A stretch of DNA of 64,000 nt. Source: Octopus sinensis. Taxonomy: Eukaryota. The position numbers and the translations under genes were made by a program. This document shows, piece by piece, positions 1 to 12,198 of this stretch (the first letter of the stretch is position 1; the number at the start of each line of letters is the position of its first letter). Where the stretch lies: the NCBI RefSeq assembly GCF_006345805.1, contig NC_043004.1, positions 55,986,001 through 56,050,000 of the forward strand. Reading direction: 5' to 3'. The notes below the pieces were generated by a model. That model was not told the DNA's origin. It did no database searches and saw only the letters and a program-made list of their open reading frames with translations.

Positions 1-119
1 GTGTGTTGAACCAAATTTTGTTGTGTCTGAGAAGTTTCATACTGTCTTAATACCTTATTGTCTAACACACTCACTGGCTCGACTTCCACGCATTTGATAT
101 TCATGTTTTTATTCCAAAA

Positions 120-422
120 CTAGCAGTACCGCTCGGCGTTGCTCGGGTTTGTAAGGGAAATAACTATATAAGCATTTTTAGAGAGTTACTTCCCTTATAT
201 AATAGCAAAAAAATGCATTAAAAATGAGAAAAAATTATGGTAATTTTTTTTTTTAAATCGTAGACTCATCGTAGACGCGCGCTAATACCCACAAGGGCTC
301 GACATGAATCACGACTATAAGATATCCGCTTTTGGTTAGACTGCTCCGCAAAATGTGGGAGTAGTTAGGAATCTAAATCGTAGGCGACAGACACTCACAC
401 AACTTCACTTTTATATATAAAG
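120..422 (+). mobile_element. Non-autonomous Helitron/Helentron-like (HINE/Lep1-type) element, copy 1
   Basis: Starts CTAGCAGTA followed by a GC hairpin (CTCGGCGTTGCTCGGG) and ends ACTTCACTTTTATATATAAAG. Head-to-tail with copy 2; a third copy is at 23433-23832. Confidence 0.6.
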
Positions 423-423
423 A

Positions 424-808
424 CTAGCAGTATCGCCCGGCGATGCTCGGGTTTGTAAGGGAAATAACAATATAAACATTTTTAGAGATGTAAAGTATAA
501 TAGCCATCTCAATATGGCTAACCACAAAGGGGGTGGTGTTACTGTAGCTTTTTACGTTCTGAGATTTAATAATAAATTTTTAGAGAATTACTTCCAAAAA
601 TCCATTAAAAATAGGAAAAATTGATGGTAAATTTTTATTAAAATCGTAGACTCATCGTAGACGCGCGCTAATACCCAGAAGGGCTCGACATGAATCACGA
701 CTATAAGATACCCGCTTTTGGTTAAACTGCACCGCAAAATGTGGGAGTAGTTAGGAATCTAAATCGTAGGAGACGGAGGCTCACACAACTTCACTTTTAT
801 ATATAAAT
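424..808 (+). mobile_element. Helitron-like non-autonomous element, copy 2 (with ~100 bp internal insertion)
   Basis: Same termini and body as 120-422, with extra sequence at ~481-580. Confidence 0.6.
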
Positions 809-1402
809 ATTTCCATTGGCTTTGCAACCTTGTCAATGGATGTTGATCCTGTCATTTATCGGAGCTGCGTTCTTTTTTGTCTGTGTGCGCCAGCGTGCAT
901 GTGTGCATATGTATGTGTATGCATATATGTACATATATGTACGTACGTATGTATGTGTTCTGCATATTCATGTGTTTGTGTGTTTGTATGTGTGTGAGGG
1001 TGTGTTTGTTTGGGTGTGTCTATATGTATGGGTTTGTGTGACTGTGCGTGCGTCTGTTATGTATGGATGTGTGTCTCCATGTGTGTCTCATTGGGTATGT
1101 GTATCATACAGGCTACATAGACGCCAAGCAAATATGTCCTGCGTATCACATGTGACACATAGGACAGGCAGAGAGTTAATTATTTGCAACGCAAAGTTTT
1201 TTGTAACAAATAAAGTTTCGATTTCCCTTATCTCAAGCCTGTCGTACAATACCGTTTGCTTCACTTAATAATTTGACTCTGTCCCAAGCTTTCCTTTTAT
1301 AAGTCCTAAGTTATTTTAATGGTTGAAAAATGTGTGTCGTATATGATGCATATTGCAAGGAAAATATTGCACGTTTACATCCGACTCGCTAACAGAACGC
1401 AT

Positions 1403-1405
<3 letters not shown>

Positions 1406-1445
<40 letters not shown>

Positions 1446-1650
1446 CACACACACACATACACACACACACACACACACACGCACACACACACACACATAC
1501 ACACATACACACGCATACAGACACACACACACGCATGCACACGCACACACACACACGCATACACACACACACGCATGCACACACACGCATACACACAAAC
1601 ACACGCATACAGACACACACACATACGCAAACACACACGCACACATGCAC
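1406..1650. repeat. Degenerate (CA)n microsatellite
   Basis: Direct sequence; source of the HT/CV-repeat ORFs. Confidence 0.95.
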
Positions 1651-2259
1651 AAACAATGGCTGACACGAATAAAAATGCAGTAAACGGTAAAATTTTCCAT
1701 TGCTAAGAATTTAGTTAATAGTATCTTATAAGTTTTCTTACCTTCAGTTTATCTAAATAATCATGAAAATGATTGTCTTTACCTTCTTCATCATTTCCAT
1801 AGTATTGTCAATAAAACATATCAAAACTGACTCGAATAAGTTTTAGTTGATCTCTGCCATCTTAAATCAAATGACGTCGCATTTTGAAATTTGATTCTGG
1901 AAACTTATGACATTTGTTACTAATCCTTACATCCTCTTTCTATTATCCATACTTCTCAAAACCTAAAAAGGTCATTAAAAAGTAAAATAAAAAAAACAAA
2001 AACAAGAACAACCCAATCAACGAAGTTAGACAGCTAAAAATCTCACAAATAATAATGTCATGTGGTTTCAGAATAATATTGCATTTAAAGTTGCCAGATA
2101 ACTGCGGGAAACTGGCGGAATCGATAAATTGCCGGATAAAATAGCTTGACGTATTTTCTCCGGCTCTATATATTTTAGGTTCAAGTTCCGCCAGTTTTAA
2201 TTTTTTTTTTTTTACTTTCCTGGGACGATAGGATAAATCAGATTCATTTTTGTGTGATG

Positions 2260-3300
2260 TACGAGTTGGTATCAAAAAGTTCCCGGACTAGATTTTTATC
2301 TAAATTTTAACATCTTCGAAATCGCCACCTTGCGTAGCAATACACCGATTCCAGCATTCCTGTCACTTTTGGAATCTGGCTTTGAAGTCATTTTCTCTAA
2401 GCGAGTCGAGGACTTGCTGCGATTCGCTCTTGATCTCGACAACGGTGTTAAAACGACAACATTTGAGCAGCATTTCATTTTGGGGAAGAGATCGAAGTCC
2501 GTAGGTGCTAAGTCTGTCGAATAGGGCAGGCGTGGAAACGATGCAATGTTGTTTTTAAGCGAGAAATTCCCAAGAGAGGAGAGCTCGGTGTCATGGTACA
2601 TTGTTGTGAAGAATCCATTTCTTTGCGCTCCGCATATGCGGTCGCTTTCGCCGAACGTCCTCCCTAAAACGCTTCAAAACTTCGCAGTAAAATTCTCAAT
2701 TAACAGTATGGCTCTTGGGGACAAATTCTCGATGCATAGGGACTGAACCCCAAACAATGTGGTTGGGAAGCAAGTCTCTTGTCACGCAGTCATGCCTGCT
2801 TTTGTATGGTGAAGTTTTTGAAAAGGACCCAAAGAGTCCGTATATGGCATGGTACAAAACATTTTGTTTCTTTTACCTATAATTATAGTTACTAATTTTA
2901 CGAATTTCGTTTTTGGCAGCAGAAGAAAACTAATGTTCATTTACATTGACTTTGAAATTAAAAAAAAAAGGAAACAATTGTGAGATGCATGACAAAAATA
3001 GTTGTGACATTTTCACAACATATTTTCATCATATTCCAAATAGTATAAAACTGGAAGAAACTGTGGGTGTGGAAAAATCAATGAGCATGCTCTTGGTTGT
3101 GCTGGGGTTCTGTCGTGCCTTCTTCAATCGTGGAGATGAAGAGCTCTTCCATTGTGACGACTGCTGCTTCATCTCAAGGCTGTACCCGTAAACCCAACTC
3201 TCGTCACTGGTGATGACTCCCCAAGCTGAACGCAAAACTTTACGTTGCCTCTTTGTTCCAACTTACTGTCCATGACGAATATCACAGACTACAACATACG
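2260..3300 (-). mobile_element. Decayed mariner (Tc1/mariner) transposon, interrupted at ~2733-3000
   Basis: Minus-strand peptides VITSDESWVYGY..KQQSSQWK...PRLKKARQ and PRLPYSTDLAPTDFDLFPKMK match the mariner TGDETW and YSPDLAP motifs. TIR-like TACGAG..TCAAAAAGTTCCCGGACT at 2260. Confidence 0.85.
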
Positions 3301-3508
3301 CGTGATCAGAAAACACATGCGATAGTGAGAAAAATAAAAGCTTGATAGTGAGGGACAGAAATTATGAAACAACTAAGCTGTAAATCCTAACCATTTATAA
3401 GAATTGTATTGATTCACTTTTTACACTGAAGTTTGACCACCAAGGTAACTGTTAAACACAAATCTTTTTTTTTTATTTATCTGCAATGTATCTTTTAAAT
3501 TCTATCTA

Positions 3509-3798
3509 TTACTTGTTTCAGTCATTGAACTGCAGCCATGGTACTTTTTCTATCTCACTTTTATACAGTACCGCTAAGTTATTGGCACATAAGCAAATCA
3601 ACACTGGTTGTCTAGCGGTGTAGGGTTCAAATACAGGCACAAGACCACACACACATATATTTATAGGACAGGCTCACAAGGCTTCAGTCGGTCTGGAGTC
3701 ATAGTAGAATACACTTGTCGAAGGTGTCATGCATAGGGACTGAACCCCAAACAATGTGGTTGGGAAGCAAGTCTCTTATCACACAGTCATGCCTGCTT
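3509..3798 (-). mobile_element. SINE family A (tRNA-derived, CORE-like), degraded
   Basis: Similarity to the full copies at 21173-21600 and 61560-61975. Confidence 0.7.
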
Positions 3799-4055
3799 TT
3801 TTATGGCAAAGTTTTTGAAGAGGACCCAAAGCGTATGACGTACATGGCATGATACAAAACATTTTTATTTTTTACCTATAAATATCAATTACTAATTTTG
3901 CGAATTTTTTTTTTGGCAGCAGAAAAAAACTGATGTTCATTTACATTGACTTTGAAATTAAAAAAAAAAAAGATGTGAGATGCACGGCAAAAATCAATGT
4001 GAAACACAATATATCTTTTCTGCATATTCCAAAAAAAAACAAAAAACTATTCGCT

Positions 4056-4322
4056 TTTACTCCTTTATTTGTTTCAGCCATTTGACTGCGGCCATGTTGG
4101 AGCACCGCCTTTAGTCGAACAAATCGACCCCAGAACTTATTCTTTGTAAGCCTAGTACTTATTCTATCGGTCTCTCTCGCCGAACCGCTAAGTGACAGGG
4201 ACGTAAATACACCAGTATCGGTTGTGAAGCGATGTTGGGGGGACAAACACACACACAGATACAGAAACATAACCATGTAGTTGATAAGCAAGTTACTTAC
4301 CACACACCCACTCCTGCGCCTA
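4056..4322 (-). mobile_element. SINE family A, internally deleted variant
   Basis: Head joined directly to the 3' half at ATGGTT|ATGTTT; same junction as 12740-12990. Confidence 0.8.
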
Positions 4323-4327
4323 TATAT

Positions 4328-4359
<32 letters not shown>

Positions 4360-4569
4360 ATATATATTACTTTATAAAAATAGGGTAAAGTAAAATAATT
4401 TACTTTACCACATAAGAAAATTATTTTACTTAACCCTATTTTTATAAAGTAATATTTCAAATATACCGTAAATGATCGTTTTACATACCGAACACTTCTC
4501 GGTCAAATTGATTAATAATTAATTAATTTTACCCTTTTTTATTGACAATATATATATATATATATATAT

Positions 4570-4770
4570 TCGGTCACTTGGGCCGAACCGCTAAGTTACC
4601 GGAACGTAGACACACCAACATCGGTTGTGAAGCAATGGTGGGGGCCAAAAACACAGACACACAAATGTATACAAGGTACCACGCAGTGGGACTGAACCCC
4701 AAAACATGTGGTTGGTAAACAAGTTACTTACCACACAGCCACTCCTGCACCTATGGCAGCCACTCCTGCG
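4570..4770 (-). mobile_element. SINE family A fragment
   Basis: GCCGAACCGCTAAG and CCACACAGCCACTCCTGC motifs. Confidence 0.7.
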
Positions 4771-5199
4771 CCTATCATTATCACGTCGAAAGTGAAGCAT
4801 TTGAACAGACCTTTACAGGTATATAGCGATTTATTTGGGCATTCTAAAAATGTTTAAAAACCTATTTAGATTCATCTTTCATGAGAATATACTAGTACAA
4901 GAACAATTATTAGCGTCAGTATGGCCGATTGTTCACCTTACACAAATAATTTAGGTCAAGAAATGATATTCATAAAAGTGCAAAGCCGTAAGAACTACAA
5001 CCGATATATCTACTGGCATAAATAAAAAATGAGCGTAAGACAAGTCACTTGGCCAAGTTGCGACGCTGCAAATCCCCGGATAATTAGCATCACTTAAATG
5101 TTTCTGGTGAGAAATTTAATTTCTTCATTTAGTGCAAAACCATTTTCGTAATTAATTTTCACCAAGTGTAAGGGAACATATTGACGACATTCTTATATG

Positions 5200-5400
5200 T
5201 TTCAATCATCTGGTTGCGGCCATGCTGGAGCACCACCTTAAGGGGTTTTAGCCGAACAAATCGACCCCAGGACTTGTTGTTTGTAAGCTTACTGCTTACT
5301 CTAACGGTCTCTTTTGCCTAGCCGCTAAGTTAAGGGAACAAAACACACCAACATCGGTTGTCAAGCGATGGTGGGGGTACAGACACAGACACAAACACAA
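5200..5400 (-). mobile_element. SINE family A 3' half
   Basis: GGCCATGCTGGAGCACC ... CATCGGTTGTCAAGCGATG. Confidence 0.75.
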
Positions 5401-5465
5401 GTATATATGCGTGTGTGTGTGTGTGTGTGTGTGAGTGTATGTGCGTGTGTATACTCTTTAGTCTT

Positions 5466-5840
5466 TTACTCTTTTACTTGTTTCAGTCATTTGAGGGCGG
5501 CCATGCTGGAGCACCGCCTTTGGTCGAGGAAATCGATCCTAGGACTTATTCTTTGTAAGCCTAGTACTTATTCTATCGGTCTCTTTTGCCGAACCGCTAA
5601 GTTACGGGGACGTAAACACACCAGCATCGGTTGTCAAGCGATGTTGGGGGACAGGCACAAACACACATACACACACACATATATATACACATATACATAT
5701 ATACGATGGGCTTCTTTCAGTTTCCGTCTACCAAATGGACTCACAAGGCTTTGGTCGGCCCGAGTCTATAGTAGAAGACACTTGCCCAAGGTGCCACACA
5801 GTGGGAATGAACCCGGAACCATGTGGTTGGGAAGCAAGCT
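5466..5840 (-). mobile_element. SINE family A, near full length
   Basis: CTCTTTTA tail, 3' domain, internal (CA)/(TA) tract and tRNA-like head. Confidence 0.85.
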
Positions 5841-6039
5841 ATAACATCTCAAGGTACATCTTTTTTTATGCTCATTTCATATAAATGCAAATTTAATGTA
5901 CAAATTTGTACTTATATTTATTGAGCATTAATTGAAACGGCTGTAAGAAGCGAAGATGAGCAATTTGTTAATAATAAATAATTGTTAACCCCCTTATCTC
6001 CATTTTCTTTTTTTCTTTTAGCTATATATATATACATAC

Positions 6040-6088
6040 ATACATACATTCATACACACACACACACACACACACCACACACACACAC

Positions 6089-6172
<84 letters not shown>
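6040..6172. repeat. (CA)n/(TA)n microsatellite
   Basis: Direct sequence. Confidence 0.95.
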
Positions 6173-6328
6173 CGACGGGTTCTTTCAGTTTCCGTATACC
6201 AAATCCACTCACAAGGTTGATTTGCCTGGGACTATAGTAGAAGACACTTGCCCAAGGTGCCACACAGTGGGACTGAACCCGGAACCATGTGGTTGATAAG
6301 CAAGCTCCTTACTCCACAGCTACACCTA
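6172..6328 (-). mobile_element. SINE family A 5' half
   Basis: CTTGCCCAAGGTGCCAC (CORE-like) and head motifs. Confidence 0.75.
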
Positions 6329-6339
6329 TTTTGTTTGTA

Positions 6340-6522
6340 CTCTAGGCTCAAATCCTAAAACGAATGTGGTAGTGGGAGCTACTCGATTATTTCGACTCCA
6401 GTGCAACACTTAATTTATCGACCCTGGCCTTGGTAGAATTTGAACTAAGAGCATAAAGCCAGAAGAAAAGACGCTATACATTTTCTTTTGCGCGCTAATG
6501 ACTCTACCAGCTTGCCGCTTTA
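6340..6522 (-). mobile_element. SINE family B (tRNA-derived), degraded
   Basis: Reverse complement of the GGCGGCGAGCTGGCAGA...GAGTTCAAATTC...GGTCGATAAATTAAG family seen at 38183-38570. Confidence 0.7.
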
Positions 6523-6530
6523 ATAATAAT

Positions 6531-7070
6531 AAACATCTTGATGGAATACCAGGCAGTGGCTCTCATGGCTTCTCATCGTAGCAGGTTGGAAGCGTTATCA
6601 CGTATATTGTTTTGTCTTGGTATAAAAGATGGACTACAGCAATTATTCTGTTCAATACCACAGATTTGCTTATCAGTTGCTTGGCCTTAATCAATTGAGC
6701 ATGTCCCTTGTGTATCTCTGATCACGAATTGGAGTAGTGGGGGAACAACATGGACATGTACTGAGAGGAATTCTTTCTGGTTTGAATGATTCACCGCTGG
6801 AAACATCGGTGTTTTTTTGTTCAACATCCTTAAACCTTATTCTGGACCTTTTGTTGCAGGATACGCTACTGAACCTGAAGAAAATTCAAATAGGGTCTCA
6901 CCTGTAAAGTCGTGCGCGGTTTACCCTGGTATGAGAAAACCATGCCGTGCACATATGGTTGTGATGCATGTGCCTGCTGTACCCATATCAGACGGCTTGT
7001 CATGAAAGGTTATATTGGGATTTATATATTTGTACACCATTGTCTCTTTGATGGCATACACTGCATACTC
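6531..7070 (+). mobile_element. Non-coding (AAT)n-associated retroposon 'X', copy 1
   Basis: Homologous to 48210-48713 (-), 48957-49075 (-) and 50223-50687 (+). Conserved end CACTGCTCTCTCAC runs into (AAT)n; the other end varies. Confidence 0.75.
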
Positions 7071-7132
<62 letters not shown>

Positions 7133-7192
7133 TATTGATGATAATAATAATAATAATAATAATAATATTGATGATAATAATAAAAAAAAATG

Positions 7193-7223
<31 letters not shown>

Positions 7224-7268
7224 TAATAATAATATTGATGATAATAATAATAATACTAATAATAATAA
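7071..7268. repeat. (AAT)n microsatellite
   Basis: Direct sequence. Confidence 0.95.
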
Positions 7269-7269
7269 A

Positions 7270-7914
7270 ACAAGAAACAATAAATCATATTATCTCTAGC
7301 TGCCCAGGCCTGGCTAAGAAGGAATATATTCACAGACATGACAGAGTTGGAACCCACATACATTGGAAGCTATGCCAACATTATGGAATAACAACAGAAA
7401 AAAGATGGTATAGGCACACACCAGAAAAGGTCACAGAAAACGAGAAAGCAACCATACTCTGGGATATGCCGATACACACAGATAGAGAAATTAAGGCCAA
7501 CAGACGAGATATAGTTGTCAGAGATCATGAAGAAAAAAAATGCTTTCTAATTGATGTATCAATACCGGCAGATGACAACGTGTCTCTAAAAGAAATGGAG
7601 AAACTCTCAAAATACAAAGACCTGGAATAGAGGTAACTAGAATGTGGAATCTGAAAACAGAAACATTCCTATCATAGTAGGTGCATTAGGCATGATAAAA
7701 AAATATTCAGACAAATACATAACAAAAACACCAGGACTTACAAACACATATAACATACAGAAAATTGCACTACTAGGCACTGCACACATCCTACGCAGAA
7801 CACTTTCCATACAATAACCATCAGAGCATCACAACAAATCACAGCACATACCCAAGGCACACAGAGCTGCGCTCGGTAGTGAAGTGAAAGCACGCTATAA
7901 AAATAAAACTACTG
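7270..7914 (+). mobile_element. 5'-truncated R4/Dong-like LINE (restriction-like endonuclease domain + 3'UTR)
   Basis: ETINHIISSC...RHDRVG...WD...RRDIVV...LIDVSIP...K..KY.DL is the C-terminal RLE signature. Flanked by (AAT)n on both sides. Confidence 0.9.
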
Positions 7915-7968
7915 AATAATAATAATAATAATAATATTGATGATGATGATAACAACAACAACCACAAC

Positions 7969-8001
<33 letters not shown>

Positions 8002-8002
8002 T

Positions 8003-8205
8003 ATTCAAAAGTTTTGCTACCGAGGCAGGTGGGGGAGATGGGGATCGGTCGATTACATCGACTCCAGTGTTCAACTGGTACTTACTATTTTATCGACCTC
8101 AAAAGGATGACAGGTAAAGTCGACCTCGGTGGAATTTGAACTCAGAACGTAGCGGCAGATGAAATGCCGCTAATCATCTTGCCCAGTGTGCTAACGATTC
8201 TGCCT
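8003..8205 (-). mobile_element. SINE family B
   Basis: GTCGACCTCGGTGGAATTTGAACTCAGAACG motif. Confidence 0.75.
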
Positions 8206-8280
8206 GTATGTAACTTGTTACTCTAGCTGTAAGGTAAGCGCAATCCTTATACATTTTGGACCCTTGACATACATATAAAT

Positions 8281-8437
8281 ATTCTTTTCTACTCTAGGCA
8301 CAAGGCTCGAAATTTTTGGGAAAGGAGCCAGTCGATTAGAGCGATCTCGGTGGAATTTGAACTCAGAACGTAAAGACAGACGAAATCCTGCTAACCATTT
8401 GGTCGGGGTGCTAACGTTTCTGCCAGCTGTCGCCTTG
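8281..8437 (-). mobile_element. SINE family B
   Basis: Same motif as 8003-8205. Confidence 0.7.
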
Positions 8438-8651
8438 ACATATATATTAATATTGTAACATATTTAAAGCTGTTTTACTGTCTTAGCTCCACATGATAAT
8501 CTTATAGTCTGGCATAGAATATTAATGGATGTCTGTCGCTACAACCTCGCAAATCTATTTTTGGTTGTACTTTTCTCATAAAACTGTGCAATATTACATA
8601 GCAATTAATTTATCCGGAGCATTTAGACACTAAATCAGTAACTGAATATAT

Positions 8652-8722
<71 letters not shown>

Positions 8723-8751
8723 ATACAATATGTTACATTACTCGGTAGTCA

Positions 8752-8814
8752 AGTTAAAACTCTGAGTTTCAGATGCCGAAGTGGAAATCCACAACACCAT
8801 CTCTTCGGTTATCT
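8752..8814 (-). ncRNA. Minimal type-I hammerhead ribozyme-like motif (Penelope left arm)
   Basis: Minus strand AGAUAA-CCGAAGA-GAUG..CAUC-U-GAAAC-UCAGA-GUU-UUAACU; one stem I mismatch. Confidence 0.55.
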
Positions 8815-8845
8815 GGCTATTTGAAAACGTTATGAAAAAATACCG

Positions 8846-9631
8846 TTAAAAATGAAGGGAAATTACTCTGTTATAACTCTGCTTTGTCTGCGTACTTATA
8901 CATCGCTCGCATTTTTCGTCATAAAAATTATATAAAAATACATAAAAATATAAAAATATATAAAATCTTCTTGGGACATAACACAGAAAGCATGTTCTAT
9001 CTCCGTTTTCTTTAGGGGACCAAAAACGTAACAGAAATTTAGTCACATGTGGGCATGATCCGAAAAGCTCTGTCCTTGTATTTAGACATGTGGTAGGGTC
9101 TAAGCTGCTTTTCCAGATAAGCCATCTCTCCATGTCGCATAAACCGCACCTTCCGCTGCCGTTAGTATAGGGCTTACATCTGGCCAAAATCTTCCATTGT
9201 ATGTTATAATCGACACCTTTATCTCTTAAAGACCAAATATGATTGGATAATTGTGTCGCTTTTCTTTTGTTCCAGTGCCTAAAGCTCAAAGTGTGGTTAT
9301 TGAACCTGGCCTTGAAATTACCCTCTGTCAGGCCCACGTATTTCTTCGTCGAAACGGTGTCTTTAGTGGTTATAGAGTTTACGGTAGCTTCATATATGAT
9401 GGTCTTGGACATGCAAGCTCCATTTAGCGGGCACAATTCTTTATTCCTGCATGAACAGCTGTTTTCTTCTTGTGTTTTTTGTATGTTATGATTGATTATG
9501 TTTTTAAAATTGGTAGTTGAACTAAAACTAATTTTTAAATTGTGTCTATTGAAGAGTTTCCTATAAGCATGGTTAACTGGAAAATGTCTATCTATCAGTG
9601 CTAGGAAATATTTACCTATATTGAAGGCCAC
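8846..9631 (-). pseudogene. Penelope GIY-YIG endonuclease domain
   Basis: NIGKYFL.LID.HFP, CSC..CPL, IIYEATV...KKYVGLT...FKARFNNH, C..C..E, CPH. Confidence 0.92.
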
Positions 9632-9871
9632 CTCGGGTGAGTAAGATGACCTTCCTATTTCTATTATTCCTTTTCCTTATTGTTGGGCTGGTGATAGGTG
9701 TATATTTTATTTTTTCGCTAAAACCACTATCTTTTAAAGCTTTATTATAAACTGGGGCAACGCTATTGAAGATGTCCTCATTAGATGAGAGGCTAGAAAT
9801 CCTCTTACTAATATTTTTAACTAAATTTTTGAATACTATAGGGGGATGGCATGAACCTACATTAATATAAC

Positions 9872-10441
9872 TTAGTCTATCATTGGGCTTCCTATAAGGC
9901 TTATAATATTATTATTAAGATCTAAGGAAACGTCTAAGAAATTGACAACCGTCAGGTTAGTGTCTATAGTTATACTAAGTCTGAAGTGTTTCATTAACTG
10001 GATAATATCCTTCCTAAAACGATCTTGTGCTGGTCCATTTGTATTAGCTGTTAAGGCGAGGGCATCATCTTTGTAGATGGCGAAATGTACGTTAGGGAAT
10101 GTCTTACCGAAGGTATCTAGGAGAAAGAGTCCAATTAGATCACAGATGCCTGCCCCATCATATGAACCCATGCTCACATCGAAAGCGCCCTCCGTGTCGG
10201 TGTTTTTTACCCACTTTGCATTCTCTCTGAAAAGTAATGTCTTTCTAGCATGGAAGATTATATCCTTATCATTGGTACTAATTTCTATGAAGTCACTAGC
10301 GAAGATTAGGGCTTTATCTAGCAGTTCTTTAGAGATAGAGGCATAAAAATCAACAATATCGAATTGTGTAAACCTCGCTTTTTTCTTATTCTTAATAGCT
10401 TTAAACCAGTCTACGACTTCTATACTATTGGACCATTGCAC
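9872..10441 (-). pseudogene. Penelope reverse transcriptase core
   Basis: FDIVDFYASIS, MGSYDGAGICDLIG, YKDD (YRDD in the family), FLDVSLDL. Confidence 0.92.
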
Positions 10442-10619
10442 TAGCCTAGTATCGGTCTTAATTTTCGTATTTATTTTATCTAAAATTTCTTTGCTAATAA
10501 TCCCTAGTTCTGACTTGGCTGGGTTGATAAGCCTACATTAGGGTTGGAAAGGAAGTTTTCTTTGTGGTCTTTAATAGTAATAAAGGCCTCTTTTTGGGGG
10601 AGGGTTTCTATTTTTTTAT

Positions 10620-11111
10620 CTAATTTAAATTTAGCGGCGATGACGCTAGCTCTTCTTTATTAATTTCGTTATATGTCTGTGCCCTAGCCTTAGTATAATT
10701 ATTAATGATGCTGTTGTGTAAGAGTTGTGTGTATTTGCTGTTATCTACCAGGTATAAGTTCTTGGTTTTATCCGAAAAAAGTGCTTTTTTCTTGGAGCTT
10801 TTTATATGATCAATATCTTTTTTCAATTTATGTTGGAAATTGTTAAAAGACTTACGAAACTTTATTTTGCTCATGATCTTCAGCAGGTCCGCTTCGAAAT
10901 CTTCCAAGCCTTTAATCCTAGGAGGGAATTTTTTGGATTTTATCCGATAGCAAATGTTTTCCTTGGTGTTCGCTTCTGTGTCAAAAAAGAAAGCCTTCCA
11001 TCTCATACGCTTAATTACATCAGTAATTTTTTGCAGAAGTTTCTTAGAGTAAAAATCCTTTGATGGGATCGGTATATTTTTCATAGAATAATCTATGTGA
11101 TATGCGTCCAT
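10620..11111 (-). pseudogene. Penelope polyprotein N-terminal segment (frameshifted)
   Basis: YSMKNIPIPS...KRMRWKAFFF is a typical Penelope N-terminus. It continues after a frameshift into AFITIKDHKENF...RLINPAKSELG. Confidence 0.85.
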
Positions 11112-11320
11112 ATTAGATTCTTTTGTTTGTGAGAGTCCTCAACCGATGTTAGGCGATAATCCCAAAAAGGTCGTATTAGCTCTTAGTTGAGAATAACGTC
11201 GTCCGGGAGGTGATTTAAAAGATAGTGGTTTTAGCGAAAAAATAAAATATACACCTATCACCAGCCCAACAATAAGGAAAAGGAATAATAGAAATAGGAA
11301 GGTCACCTTACTCACCCGAG

Positions 11321-11952
11321 GTGGCCTTCAATATAGGTAAATATTTCCTAGCACTGATAGATAGACATTTTCCAGTTAACCATGCTTATAGGAAACTCTT
11401 CAATAGACACAATTTAAAAATTAGTTTTAGTTCAACTACCAATTTTAAAAACATAATCAATCATAACATACAAAAACACAAGAAGAAAACAGCTGTTCAT
11501 GCAGGAATAAAGAATTGTGCCCGCTAAATGGAGCTTGCATGTCCAAGACCATCATATATGAAGCTACCGTAAACTCTATAACCACTAAAGACACCGTTTC
11601 GACGAAGAAATACGTGGGCCTGACAGAGGGTAATTTCAAGGCCAGGTTCAATAACCACACTTTGAGCTTTAGGCACTGGAACAAAAGAAAAGCGACACAA
11701 TTATCCAATCATATTTGGTCTTTAAGAGATAAAGGTGTCGATTATAACATACAATGGAAGATTTTGGCCAGATGTAAGCCCTATACTAACGGCAGCGGAA
11801 GGTGCGGTTTATGCGACATGGAGAGATGGCTTATCTGGAAAAGCAGCTTAGACCCTACCACATGTCTAAATACAAGGACAGAGCTTTTCGGATCATGCCC
11901 ACATGTGACTAAATTTCTGTTACGTTTTTGGTCCCCTAAAGAAAACGGATAG
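11321..11952 (+). pseudogene. Inverted duplicate of the GIY-YIG domain (1-nt homopolymer frameshift near 11470)
   Basis: ORFs 11321-11527 and 11515-11952 reproduce the 8846-9631 peptide. Confidence 0.9.
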
Positions 11953-12135
11953 AACATGCTTTCTGTGTTATGTCCCAAGAAGATTTTATATATTTTTATA
12001 TATTTTTATGTATTTTTATATAATTTTTATGACGAAAAATGCGAGCGATGTATAAGTACGCAGGCAAAGCAGAGTTATAACAGAGTAATTTCCCTTCATT
12101 TTTAACGGTATTTTTTCATAACGTTTTCAAATAGC

Positions 12136-12198
12136 AGATAACCGAAGAGATGGTGTTGTGGATTTCCACTTCGGCATCTGAAACTCAGAGTTTTATCT
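12136..12198 (+). ncRNA. Minimal type-I hammerhead ribozyme-like motif (Penelope right arm)
   Basis: Stem I AGATAA/TTATCT, variant core CCGAAGA, stem II GATG/CATC, GAAAC, palindromic stem III ACTC-A-GAGT, GUU triplet. Confidence 0.65.

Noticed and set aside
1943-2275. 110-aa minus-strand ORF as a host gene
   Set aside because: No recognisable domain or splice support.
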